This document shows positions 55,013 through 64,000 of a DNA stretch of 64,000 nt, piece after piece; positions within the stretch are counted from its first letter, which is position 1, and every line of letters begins with the position of its first letter. The stretch is from Candidatus Latescibacterota bacterium. GTDB lineage: Bacteria > Latescibacterota > UBA2968. The position numbers were made by a program, and so were the translations under genes. The stretch lies in assembly GCA_965222605.1 (NCBI GenBank), contig OZ244960.1, positions 5,024,001 to 5,088,000 of the forward strand, written 5' to 3'. The notes under the pieces were generated by a model. That model worked only from the letters and a program-made list of their open reading frames with translations, was not told where the DNA came from and made no database searches.

Positions 55013-56767
55013 TTATACCTTTTTATGATCCCAATAGTCCAAAGCAAATTCTAAAACCTTTTCTTTTCTTTGATCTATTGAATCCTGATCCCATTGCCCT
55101 GTTTCTTGGTTGAGGAAATCACTCAACTCATTTTGCGTCTTGAGCGGGGCTTTGCGGAAATAATTTTGATTTTTGTACTCGAAAGGTTGGTTTGATTTGC
55201 TGCTATTCGCAGACGTCGGATCAATTGTCAAATTTCCAATACAATGAAGATATATCTCCTGAAAATCTTTGTTTATCTCTGGCAGGATTGATTCAGAGCC
55301 TTCTATAGTAACCTTGTTCTCGTTAGGATTTCGCGGGATGATATGCTCAATTGAGAACTTTGTCCGCGAATCACGGTTGGCAAATACATCGTGGGACATT
55401 TCAGAAAAGATCGGTTGTTCTTTCGCTCTGAGATGATTCTCGTATTTCCAGAATAGATAATTCTTATCATTACCTCCTACCTCATTGTGAAAGTTGGGCG
55501 ACGAAAGATAGCGATCAAACTCGTTATCGTTGCAGTACCAATCAACAAAATTCTTGAGATGATTGATGAGTGCTTCGAAATTCCCGTTAAAGTCCCTGGT
55601 CCGGCTATACAGAAACTCACGTCCCGTAGTTGAGCGGCGTCTCCGAATACCGAATACACGGAAGCAAATAAGCTCAACCAATCGAGCAACCCGTTTGAAA
55701 TTTTGCTTCCCATCCGTCCCATCAAGTTTGTAGGCTTTGACAAGCAAAGGATAAAATAGTGCTGGGCGATTGAGGGCAAAAATATCGAGAAGACGGGGTT
55801 CGCTATTCAAAAGCAACTCCTTCATAATTACAAAGCTCTCCTTCAATTCGCGGCTGTACCTGTCTATGAAAATCTTTGCCTCTGATCTATTGTCATTGAC
55901 AAGTTTGTTCACCTTATTCTTGAGGGTTTGAACATAGTTCTGATACTCACTCTTGTGATTCCATTTTTCAAAAGCGATGAAGTGGGACTGCAAAATTGAA
56001 TTTTCCTCTACCCGATTTTTGATTGTCTCATAGTCTCGGTAGATTTCGCCAAACCAACTTTGGATGGTATTGAGATGGTCCTCGGGATTGCCAGATGCCA
56101 AGTAGGTCTTGTACATCAGAAAACTCTTGGTTTTCTCCAAATTGGTCAGCGATTTGCCGCGATCGTTGGTCGTCTCAAAGATCAGGGTTGCCTCAGCAGC
56201 ATCTTCGACTGAATAGGTCAAGACCTTGGTGCGCTCAATTTTGTCCTTGAACTCCCGCAAGGTTTCAGGCGTATAGTTTTCAAGTCGTTGTCGAAGGTAA
56301 TTTTTCGCCTTACGTAGCCGTTCTTGAGAAGGAGTTCGCACATTGCCATTGGAGAGCGGGTTATCCCCCAATATATAGGATTTGAAGAAGTCGTTATCGT
56401 CCTGCAAAACGCGGAGTTTGTACTTGTCGTAAAGACAAATATATCTGTCTTCCAGTCTCCTAATCTCGATCTTTTTTCCATCTTTTCTAAGTTGATCGAG
56501 AAGTAGTTTCATAAAAATGATGAGCGTTGTGATGCGCTGTTGTCCATCTACAATGTCAATGTTTTCAAAATCATCCGACATTTCCTTTTTTTCTTGAAAG
56601 AGGATAGTGCCCAAAAAGTAATCCCTGTCTAATTTTTGATTTTCTATGTCATCGACAAAGTCTTCGAGGTGCTCTTTTTCCCAAGCGTAAGCTCGTTGAT
56701 ACTTTGGGATGTTAAAAATTTTACTACCATCGAACAACTCTCTGATCGTTTTTTGCCCGTTTTCCAA
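55013..56767 (-). CDS. GmrSD-like type IV restriction protein (DUF262 + DUF1524/HNH)
   Basis: IPKYQRAYAW, IVDGQQRITT, FETTNDRG..L, SIEHIIP, IGNLT...NSSKSN; TTG start after AAGGAGG. Confidence 0.88.
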   Translation of the reverse strand: MENGQKTIRELFDGSKIFNIPKYQRAYAWEKEHLEDFVDDIENQKLDRDYFLGTILFQEKKEMSDDFENIDIVDGQQRITTLIIFMKLLLDQLRKDGKKIEIRRLEDRYICLYDKYKLRVLQDDNDFFKSYILGDNPLSNGNVRTPSQERLRKAKNYLRQRLENYTPETLREFKDKIERTKVLTYSVEDAAEATLIFETTNDRGKSLTNLEKTKSFLMYKTYLASGNPEDHLNTIQSWFGEIYRDYETIKNRVEENSILQSHFIAFEKWNHKSEYQNYVQTLKNKVNKLVNDNRSEAKIFIDRYSRELKESFVIMKELLLNSEPRLLDIFALNRPALFYPLLVKAYKLDGTDGKQNFKRVARLVELICFRVFGIRRRRSTTGREFLYSRTRDFNGNFEALINHLKNFVDWYCNDNEFDRYLSSPNFHNEVGGNDKNYLFWKYENHLRAKEQPIFSEMSHDVFANRDSRTKFSIEHIIPRNPNENKVTIEGSESILPEINKDFQEIYLHCIGNLTIDPTSANSSKSNQPFEYKNQNYFRKAPLKTQNELSDFLNQETGQWDQDSIDQRKEKVLEFALDYWDHKKV

Positions 56768-56789
56768 AATATACCTCCTTTTGAACTGT

Positions 56790-58445
56790 CTACTTCTTAT
56801 TCCCACTTCCCACTTTTCGTCCGTGTACGTCAAAAAAATCGAAAATAGACGGCAGGGCTGTGAACCATATTGTGTTGTGCGTATCGTCAGGGGTTTCGTT
56901 ATAGGTGAAATTTTTCATATACTTTGCCAACAGTTTTGCGGTGCGTCGAGCGGGTTCTGCCAGCGCGACCATGTCCTTTGTCCCTTGTGAAAATAGTACG
57001 GGAAGATCGGCATGCGGTTTGGCGTGTCTCGATCTTACCCACCGCCCGCTGGCCGCGATCGGGGCGATGGCGGCAAATTTTTCGGCATGTCTCAATCCCA
57101 AGATCCAGGTGCCGCCTCCACCCATCGAATGACCGGTGAGGTACACGCGCTCTGGATCAATATTGTAGATAGATAATACGCGATCCAATACATCCATGAC
57201 ATCTTGCCCGCCAATCCCGCGATACCCAGTAAAAGGTCCGCGTCCACTCGGCGCAACAAGTAAATATCCGCGTTCTTGTGATAGACGCTTGCCCAGGTTC
57301 TCTGTTTCGCCTCTTCTGCGCCGGTCTAACCAGGTGTTTTCACTGCCAGATGCACCGTGAAGGCCAATTATCAGTGGCCATGATCGATCCGGCGTATATC
57401 CCTCTGGCACAAATATGCGATAGGGTACGAGCTGGCTGTCAACGGCTGACCGATACGCGAGGTGGAAGTCGCCAGTGCTTTTCTTCAGGGGATCTTTTTT
57501 TTCCAAAAGTGCCGAAGATAGGGTTTTGGCGAGTTCGATGTCCGCCGGTATGTTAATCGCGCCGCGCCATGTCAATCCTCTGCCGCCACCGCGGTATTTC
57601 ATGACCATAGGTTGCGCTGTTCGCCTGAGATCGCCCACATATTTGGCGTGCATTTTCTCGAGATGCGCGACGATATATTCGATTGTTTCAACGGCTGCTC
57701 GCTGGGTCGCACCACGGGACGCGATATTCTCACCCTGCAAGATTTTTAGCCGTGTTTGCAAAATTTTCAGGCGTGAAGACATTGCATCTGTGTGCAAAAA
57801 AGCCCGCGTGAATCTCAGCAAAACTTTGCCCGCTGGATCGCGCAATTCATAGCGCACACCTGCTGGCCCTTCGGGCAAACCCGCTGTTGATAAGGTGCAA
57901 TTGAAAGCGCGGATAGACGAAATGGGTAGTACGCGCTCGTCAACCACACCCTTAGTTCCTCGCAGCGATAGCCGAGCTGTATATTCGTCTGAAAGTGGAT
58001 GCCCAAGAGAGAAGAGGGGATTCAGTTGCACATGAAGCGTGTCACCCGTGTTTGTGATGGTGCGATTTAATACCAGATCGTAACTTGCGGCGAGTTCTGT
58101 ACCTTCGCCATAGCCCTTGTCTTGTGCCATTGCCATAAATCGTATAAACAGGCGATAGGCGCGATAGTTGTCTTTTTTTTCAAAAGCATCGAAAGCAGCA
58201 TCCGATAGTGTCTGGAGATCGGGTGGTACGCCCTCATCTGTTTTTTTTAGGCGATTCAATATAGAGCGCGTGACCACTGTAAATGCGCGGGCATCTTCCC
58301 AGGCGACATTGTCGAGTTGTTCGCCTTCGAGGGTGGTGATAGGAGGCTGGGCATGGCCTCTCACACAGGTTCCTATTATACAGAATAGGAATATGCCGCA
58401 TATTGAGGAGTACTTGCGAAAAAGATGAGGGAAAGAGATGGGCAT
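56790..58445 (-). CDS. Secreted alpha/beta hydrolase (esterase/peptidase-like) with a large N-terminal extension
   Basis: Signal-like N-terminus; PLIIGLHG, IDPERVYLTGHSMGG.G, FAAIAP, QG.KD, distal His. Confidence 0.8.
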   Translation of the reverse strand: MPISFPHLFRKYSSICGIFLFCIIGTCVRGHAQPPITTLEGEQLDNVAWEDARAFTVVTRSILNRLKKTDEGVPPDLQTLSDAAFDAFEKKDNYRAYRLFIRFMAMAQDKGYGEGTELAASYDLVLNRTITNTGDTLHVQLNPLFSLGHPLSDEYTARLSLRGTKGVVDERVLPISSIRAFNCTLSTAGLPEGPAGVRYELRDPAGKVLLRFTRAFLHTDAMSSRLKILQTRLKILQGENIASRGATQRAAVETIEYIVAHLEKMHAKYVGDLRRTAQPMVMKYRGGGRGLTWRGAINIPADIELAKTLSSALLEKKDPLKKSTGDFHLAYRSAVDSQLVPYRIFVPEGYTPDRSWPLIIGLHGASGSENTWLDRRRRGETENLGKRLSQERGYLLVAPSGRGPFTGYRGIGGQDVMDVLDRVLSIYNIDPERVYLTGHSMGGGGTWILGLRHAEKFAAIAPIAASGRWVRSRHAKPHADLPVLFSQGTKDMVALAEPARRTAKLLAKYMKNFTYNETPDDTHNTIWFTALPSIFDFFDVHGRKVGSGNKK

Positions 58446-58593
58446 AAGTGTCTCCTTTTTATAAATCAACGAATCATTCGACAAAATAAGTTGCCATTAG
58501 GAAAAAAGCAAGGCTAAGGAACAATTCCGACTTGTGCGATGCGGAATCCCACTTTATCATGGTCTGTCGCTATTTTCGGCGATTGCCAACCCT

Positions 58594-60138
58594 ATGCAAA
58601 GGATAAACTTGACTTCTACTGCCCGCAAATCCATTGTTGTTTTTCTTTTTTTGCTTCCTTGTCCCATTTTCGCAGATGTTTCTCTGCCCGCGATTTTTTC
58701 AGATAATATGGTGTTGCAGCGGCAAATTGCAATATCCGTGTGGGGAAATGCCAGTGCCAATGAAGAGATTACCATTGAGTTAGATACCCAGCGCGTGACG
58801 ATCACAGCAGATGCAGGTGGCACCTGGCAGATCCACCTGAGTCCCATGAGTGCTGGAGGCCCGTATCAACTCACCGTGCGCGGCAAGAATGTCATCACTT
58901 TTAACAATGTGATGGTGGGAGAAGTCTGGGTCTGTTCGGGACAATCCAATATGGCCTGGACCGTCAGGCGTTCTCAAAACGCGGAGGATGAAATCAAAGC
59001 GGCAGATTTTCCCAATATCAGGCTTTTTACGGTCAAACGCAGTGCCGCTCAAAGGCCGGCACAAGATGTTGAGGGCACATGGAGTGTATGCGATACGGGT
59101 AGCGTTGGCAATTTTTCTGCGGTGGCCTATTATTCTGGACGCCGCCTGTATAAAACCCAGAACGTGCCCATTGGTCTTATCAACACATCCTGGGGGGGTA
59201 CACCGGCTGAAGCCTGGACTTCATTGCCCGCGCTTCAAGCCATACCGGAGTATGCGCCGCTGGGCAAACGCTGGGCAGAACACATCGCCGCTTATCCCGA
59301 AGCACAGGAGAGATTTCAGAGCAGACTTGCAGTGTGGCGTGCAAATACCGATAGCTTGCGCGCCCAGGGGCAACGCCGGCCGCGAGCACCGCGCGGTCCG
59401 AATCATCCCCATCGCCCGTCTGTGCTCTACAATGGGATGATCGCGCCCATCGTTCCATATTCCATTCGCGGTGCGATATGGTATCAGGGGGAATCAAATG
59501 CTGGTCGCGCGTATCAATATCGCGCGTTGTTTCCGGCTATGATTCAGAACTGGCGTTCGAGTTGGGGGCAGGGCGCATTTCCGTTTTTCTTTGTTCAGCT
59601 TGCCAATTTCAGACAGGTAAAGGAAAATCCCGAGGAAAGCGCCTGGGCTGAATTGCGCGAGGCGCAATTGATGGCACTTTCATTGCCAAATACCGGTATG
59701 GCTGTGACGATTGATATCGGAGAGGCAGACGATATTCATCCACGGAATAAACAGGATGTTGGATTGCGTCTGGCTCTGGGGGCAGAAGCTATGGTCTATA
59801 GTATGGATCAACCGCATTCTGGTCCCGCTTATCGGACTATGGCTGTTGAAGAAAATAAAATTCGCCTGCGATTTGATCACGCATACAGCGGCTTAAAGGC
59901 AAAGGGAGACGCGCTCAAAGGTTTTGCGATTGCCGGGCAAGATCGCAAATTCGTTTGGGCAGAGGCAAAAATTGACGGGAATGATGTACTGGTCTGGAGC
60001 AAAGATATCCAGCAACCCGTTGCAGTGAGATACGCATGGGCAGATAATCCAATTTGCAATTTGTACAATGGGGCAGATTTGCCAGCATCGCCATTTCGCA
60101 CGGATGAATGGCCCGGTATCACCGCCGACCGGCAGTAA
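58594..60138 (+). CDS. Sialate O-acetylesterase (SGNH)
   Basis: FSDNMVLQR, GEVWVCSGQSNM, WGGT, WYQGESN, DIHP.NK, VRYAW; alternative TTG start at 58609. Confidence 0.9.
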   Translation: MQRINLTSTARKSIVVFLFLLPCPIFADVSLPAIFSDNMVLQRQIAISVWGNASANEEITIELDTQRVTITADAGGTWQIHLSPMSAGGPYQLTVRGKNVITFNNVMVGEVWVCSGQSNMAWTVRRSQNAEDEIKAADFPNIRLFTVKRSAAQRPAQDVEGTWSVCDTGSVGNFSAVAYYSGRRLYKTQNVPIGLINTSWGGTPAEAWTSLPALQAIPEYAPLGKRWAEHIAAYPEAQERFQSRLAVWRANTDSLRAQGQRRPRAPRGPNHPHRPSVLYNGMIAPIVPYSIRGAIWYQGESNAGRAYQYRALFPAMIQNWRSSWGQGAFPFFFVQLANFRQVKENPEESAWAELREAQLMALSLPNTGMAVTIDIGEADDIHPRNKQDVGLRLALGAEAMVYSMDQPHSGPAYRTMAVEENKIRLRFDHAYSGLKAKGDALKGFAIAGQDRKFVWAEAKIDGNDVLVWSKDIQQPVAVRYAWADNPICNLYNGADLPASPFRTDEWPGITADRQ

Positions 60139-60162
60139 GTCCCATCTCTACAGGAGATAGAA

Positions 60163-61188
60163 ATGAAAGCAGCACTTTACAAAGGTATCCAAGAAATCGA
60201 ATGGCAAGATGTTGAATATACGCCCCCGGCACCGGGTTATATCACCTTGCAAACGAGAAGTTCTGGCATCTGCGGTAGCGATCTGCACAATTACTTTGGC
60301 GAGTGGAAACCCTCGCTCGAACGCGCCGCAGGGCACGAGTTATGTGGCACGGTTGTCGAAGTTGGCGAAGGTGTTACAGATATCGAGGTAGGAGCTCTCG
60401 TCACTGCCGAATGCTTTTCGCATTGCGGTACATGTCACTATTGTGTTACAGGTCGCTACAATCACTGTGCCAATCGCAAGTGGTTCTCGGGCGAATCTCA
60501 CGGTGGCTTTTCGGAATACACAACCGCGCATGTAAATAGTGTCTTCAAATTGCCCGATATGACCTTTGAACAGGGTGCGCTTGTAGAACCCCTCGCTGTC
60601 GCGCATCGCGCACTCGCGCAGGCAAAAGCGTCTTACCAGGATCGGGTCGCCGTGATCGGTGGTGGAACAATTGGTCAACTTTGTCTGGCAGTTGCCAAAG
60701 CTATTGGTGTGCGCGAAACGCTTATTACCACCAAATATCCGCAGCAGGCCGACCTCGCGCGTGACCTCGGCGCGGATCACATCGTCGATATCACAACGAC
60801 CGATGTGAAGGATGTGGTTAAAGACCTCACCGATGGTATGGGGTATGACGCCGTTATCGAAACCGTGGGCACCGCGCAGAACTTCGATGATTCCATTGCC
60901 ATTGCGCGTCGTCATGCCATGATCGTTCTCGTGGCCGGTTACTTCAAGCCCCTCGAGGTTGACTTGCGCCCGATTGTCTGGTCAGAAGTCAATATCACGG
61001 GTTCTAATTGCTACGGTTTCAGCGGCATGCGTACCGATTTTGATATCGCCATTGATCTTATTACCTCTGGGCGCGTGCAAGCTACGAAACTCGTCACTCA
61101 CCGCTATCCCTTTGCCGATATCGCCGAAGCCTTTCACACCGCCGCTGATAAAAAATCCGGCTGTGTCAAAGTGCATCTCATAAAATAA
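60163..61188 (+). CDS. Zinc-dependent alcohol/sugar dehydrogenase (MDR)
   Basis: GICGSD, GHE..G.V, CxxCxxC..C, EPLA, GGGTIG. Confidence 0.92.
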   Translation: MKAALYKGIQEIEWQDVEYTPPAPGYITLQTRSSGICGSDLHNYFGEWKPSLERAAGHELCGTVVEVGEGVTDIEVGALVTAECFSHCGTCHYCVTGRYNHCANRKWFSGESHGGFSEYTTAHVNSVFKLPDMTFEQGALVEPLAVAHRALAQAKASYQDRVAVIGGGTIGQLCLAVAKAIGVRETLITTKYPQQADLARDLGADHIVDITTTDVKDVVKDLTDGMGYDAVIETVGTAQNFDDSIAIARRHAMIVLVAGYFKPLEVDLRPIVWSEVNITGSNCYGFSGMRTDFDIAIDLITSGRVQATKLVTHRYPFADIAEAFHTAADKKSGCVKVHLIK

Positions 61189-61200
61189 AAGGCATATTCT

Positions 61201-62403
61201 ATGGGCATTCGTCTCGGCATTGTTGGGGTGGGGGCATTTGCACAGCATTTTATTCCCCTCTTCAATGCGCATCCCGATGTGGATCAGGTTATTCTATGCG
61301 ATCTGGATGCTGAAAAATGTCAGAGTAACGCCGAAAAACACGGGATTGCGCAGACCTCGCCTTCTCTTGATGATTTGTGTGATACTGCTGTTGATGCTAT
61401 CGCGCTTTTTACCCAGAACTGGCTGCACGGGCCACAGGCGGCGCAAGCCCTTCTCGCGGGTAAACACGTCTATTCAGCCGTGCCACCGGGCATATTACTC
61501 GACGAACTTCGCGCTATTGCCGAGGCTGTCCGCGAAACGGGCAATATCTATATGCTCGGTGAAACGAGTTACTATTATCCGGCAGTTATCTACTGCCGTG
61601 AACGATACCGCGAAGGCGCGTTTGGCGATGTTGTGTACGCTGAAGCCGAATATTATCACGACTGGGATCACGGTCTGTACGCTGTTGCCAGGTGGCGCGG
61701 AGGGAAAAATTGGCGCGAAACCGCTGGCCTGTCGCCTATGTTTTATCCCACCCATTCTACGAGTCAGATTCTCTCTATCACGGGCGCGCGTATGACCCAC
61801 GTTTCATGCGTGGGTTTCACAGATCGCCACGAAGATGGAATCTACACATCGAATAAATGGAATAATCCGTTCAGCAATGAATCTGCGCTGTTCAAGCTGT
61901 CCGATGGCAGCACCGCGCGCATCAATGAATTTCGCCGTGTTGGACATCCGGGGGCGGTGCGTATGACTATGTTTGGCACACAGGGCAGCTTTGAACACAA
62001 TGCCGCGGGTGCTGTATGGCTCACTAAAGACCGGTCTGAACGCGAATCTCTCGATGCTCAGCTCACCTGTCGCGTGGCGGCAAGGCGCGTTGAGGGCGAT
62101 ATGGAAAAGGTTACGGCAGACGATGGGACGCATCACACCGTTGCACCCGTTCATCCCGTTCACCGCTTACCCGATGCATTCAAAGGTTTGCCCAATGGTC
62201 ACAATGGGTCACATCAGTTTCTCGTTGGCGATTTTGTTCGCGCCTGTGTCTCGGGCAAAACACCGCCGAATAATATCTACGAAGCTGCGCGCTACATGAT
62301 TCCCGGCCTCATTGCCCACCAATCGGCCCTTAAGGGCGGTGAATTGCTTGAGATTCCCGATTTGGGCGATCTGCCCACAGATAACCGATTGGAAATCGAC
62401 TGA
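61201..62403 (+). CDS. Gfo/Idh/MocA family oxidoreductase
   Basis: GIVGVGAFA, GKHVYSAVP, ETSYY, EYYH, YPTHS, GHNGSH. Confidence 0.85.
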   Translation: MGIRLGIVGVGAFAQHFIPLFNAHPDVDQVILCDLDAEKCQSNAEKHGIAQTSPSLDDLCDTAVDAIALFTQNWLHGPQAAQALLAGKHVYSAVPPGILLDELRAIAEAVRETGNIYMLGETSYYYPAVIYCRERYREGAFGDVVYAEAEYYHDWDHGLYAVARWRGGKNWRETAGLSPMFYPTHSTSQILSITGARMTHVSCVGFTDRHEDGIYTSNKWNNPFSNESALFKLSDGSTARINEFRRVGHPGAVRMTMFGTQGSFEHNAAGAVWLTKDRSERESLDAQLTCRVAARRVEGDMEKVTADDGTHHTVAPVHPVHRLPDAFKGLPNGHNGSHQFLVGDFVRACVSGKTPPNNIYEAARYMIPGLIAHQSALKGGELLEIPDLGDLPTDNRLEID

Positions 62404-62448
62404 TTAGTTGTGGGGTGCTAGAAATCATCCATAAATAGGGAGTTGACT

Positions 62449-63186
62449 ATGTCTTATTTTTCAAATGAGGAAAAAGCCTTTTTTAAAAAAAACGGCTACG
62501 TTGTCAAACCCGACGTGATTGCGCCGGAGCTAATCGAAAATGCGCGAGATGCCGTGTGGGAACACATTGAGGCGGACCGGGATGATCCCCAGACATGGAT
62601 CAACGCGGGACCAACGGGCAATCTTCCGTGTAGCAACCATCCCGCTATCGCGGCTATGACGACCGATACACCGCTTTACGACATGGCCGAAGAACTCGCG
62701 GGCACGAGGCGTCTTCGCCAGCCTGGGAATGCGCTGTGTAAAATGATCTATCCCTGCGGTCACACAAATTGGCAGCCTCCGCGAGGTCATCTGGATGGAT
62801 ATCTCATCGAAGGTGTGGCGGATACTTTCACCGTGGCTGTTACCATCAATATCAGCAATGTATTGCCCCGTGGCGGCGGTTTTACCACGTGGGCGGGGGC
62901 ACACCTCAAGGTTGCTCGATATTTCCAGGAACATGCCCTGACTAATTTAAGCGGTCTCAAATTACCCGGCTTTCTCCATCCGGATACGCGCTATGAACAC
63001 GCCGCACCTGCGGGAACGGTCTGTTTTTGGCACCACTATATGCTGCATACGGCCAGTCTAAACTGTCAGACAGATATCCGCATGGCGCTTGTCAATCGCT
63101 TTGCTTTCAAAAACTTGCGCGATATCATGTTCGACCTGCCCTTCGATCTGTGGGATCACTGGGAAGGCTTGCGCGATATCAACTGA
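62449..63186 (+). CDS. Phytanoyl-CoA dioxygenase (PhyH) family protein
   Basis: FKKNGYVV, HLD, GGFT.W.G.H, AGTV.FWH...LH, R; ATG 62449 after GGGAG. Confidence 0.82.
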   Translation: MSYFSNEEKAFFKKNGYVVKPDVIAPELIENARDAVWEHIEADRDDPQTWINAGPTGNLPCSNHPAIAAMTTDTPLYDMAEELAGTRRLRQPGNALCKMIYPCGHTNWQPPRGHLDGYLIEGVADTFTVAVTINISNVLPRGGGFTTWAGAHLKVARYFQEHALTNLSGLKLPGFLHPDTRYEHAAPAGTVCFWHHYMLHTASLNCQTDIRMALVNRFAFKNLRDIMFDLPFDLWDHWEGLRDIN

Positions 63187-63312
63187 TCTGATGGAAGGCC
63201 GCTGAAAATATCTGGCTCTCACGCCGTCCTCTCTCCTGTTTCGCCACGCCCCGGTTATTCATCCTGAGGGAGGAGCCGAAGAACTTGTACTCGCAGCCGA
63301 CAGGAGTCCCAC

Positions 63313-64000
63313 ATGGCACGAATGAAACGACTTGAAAAGCTCGACGGCTTCGCCAATGTGCAGATGGTCGAAGTCGAACAGCCAGAACCCGGTCCCGATC
63401 AGATGCTGATTGAGGTCAAGCGCAGCCTGATCAGCAGGGGGTCGGAGCTATTTCGGCGATACGTCATGGAAGAGTCGGTAAGTCCTGAAATGATGGGGTA
63501 TTCCGACGCGGGTGAGGTCGTGGTCGTAGGGGCCAACATCCAGGGCTTCGCGGTTGGACAGCGTGTCATGGCGAACACCCCGCACGCTCAGTACGTCATT
63601 GCCAGCGAAACCGGGAGAACCCGGCGCGCCTTCCCCCTTCCGAACGAACTCAGCTATGAGACCGCGACCTTTCTCCCACTCGCGACCAGTTCTGTGATGT
63701 GGATGCGCACTTCGCCAATAGAACCCGGACAGACCGTTGTCGTGCTCGGCCAGGGGATCGTAGGTGCCCTGTGCGCTCAGATTGTCCAGGAACGCGATCC
63801 CGGACGCGTGATCGTCGTCGATGCACAGCCTCTCCGATGCGATATCGCGCGGAAACTGGGGCACGAAAATGTGATCAATGTCTCCCAGACCGACTCCGTG
63901 GCAGCGGTCAAGGAACTCACAGATGGCAAGGGTGCCGACCTCGTCGTCGAGTGCGTCGGTGGCTACGCCGGCATCCAGTCTTTCGAACAAGCTCAGAAGA
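63313..64000 (+). CDS. MDR (zinc-binding dehydrogenase-like) oxidoreductase, partial (runs off the window)
   Basis: My translation: MARMKRLEKLDG..PEPGPDQMLIEV..SLISRGSE..MGYSDAGEV..VLGQGIVG..TDGKGADLVVECVG; AGGAG SD; no stop, so it is absent from the ORF track. Confidence 0.85.
   Translation, partial: MARMKRLEKLDGFANVQMVEVEQPEPGPDQMLIEVKRSLISRGSELFRRYVMEESVSPEMMGYSDAGEVVVVGANIQGFAVGQRVMANTPHAQYVIASETGRTRRAFPLPNELSYETATFLPLATSSVMWMRTSPIEPGQTVVVLGQGIVGALCAQIVQERDPGRVIVVDAQPLRCDIARKLGHENVINVSQTDSVAAVKELTDGKGADLVVECVGGYAGIQSFEQAQK

Noticed and set aside
56768-56833. Longer GmrSD start overlapping the esterase
   Set aside because: AAGGAGG SD precedes TTG 56767, and the DUF262 pattern begins there
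14-62934. Numerous 60-300 aa alternative-frame and antisense ORFs (e.g. 1116-1847, 6127-6927, 19386-20198, 21341-22234)
   Set aside because: They overlap well-supported genes and show no recognisable motifs
63448-63990. 180-aa minus-strand ORF
   Set aside because: Antisense shadow of the plus-strand MDR dehydrogenase

Overview
64 kb of gene-dense bacterial chromosome with about 62 CDS. I found no rRNA, tRNA, CRISPR array, transposase or prophage. Catabolic enzymes dominate: 4 Cys-type sulfatases, 5 Gfo/Idh/MocA oxidoreductases, 3 MDR dehydrogenases, 2 PhyH dioxygenases, 2 sugar isomerase/epimerases, a sialate O-acetylesterase and several amidohydrolases. Housekeeping genes are scattered among them (nadA, hisI, prs, mraY-like, manC-like, trmY, ltaE). 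This mix, plus a secreted protein with a C-terminal paired EF-hand/dockerin-like module, suggests a diderm heterotroph of the Latescibacterota/Poribacteria-like type often found in sponges (inference only). Most notable observations: (1) an apparent His attenuator ahead of a lone hisI, with an unusual 49-aa near-leaderless HHTHH leader peptide; (2) a tandem triplication of a secreted metallophosphoesterase whose copies differ at metal-site motifs; (3) an amidohydrolase-fold gene pair resembling AibH1H2/PtmU3 dinuclear oxygenases, with an aldolase but no Rieske partner, translationally coupled to a GmrSD + MntA/HepT defence cassette; (4) an adenosine deaminase with an RdrB-like ~80-aa insertion, convergent on an AAA+/nuclease-like ATPase; (5) a Tat-signal protein with a tailspike-like beta-helix; (6) a perfect sigma-54 promoter with upstream activator sites in front of an orphan MacB/FtsX permease. 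All functional calls come from recognising motifs by eye; no database search was run.
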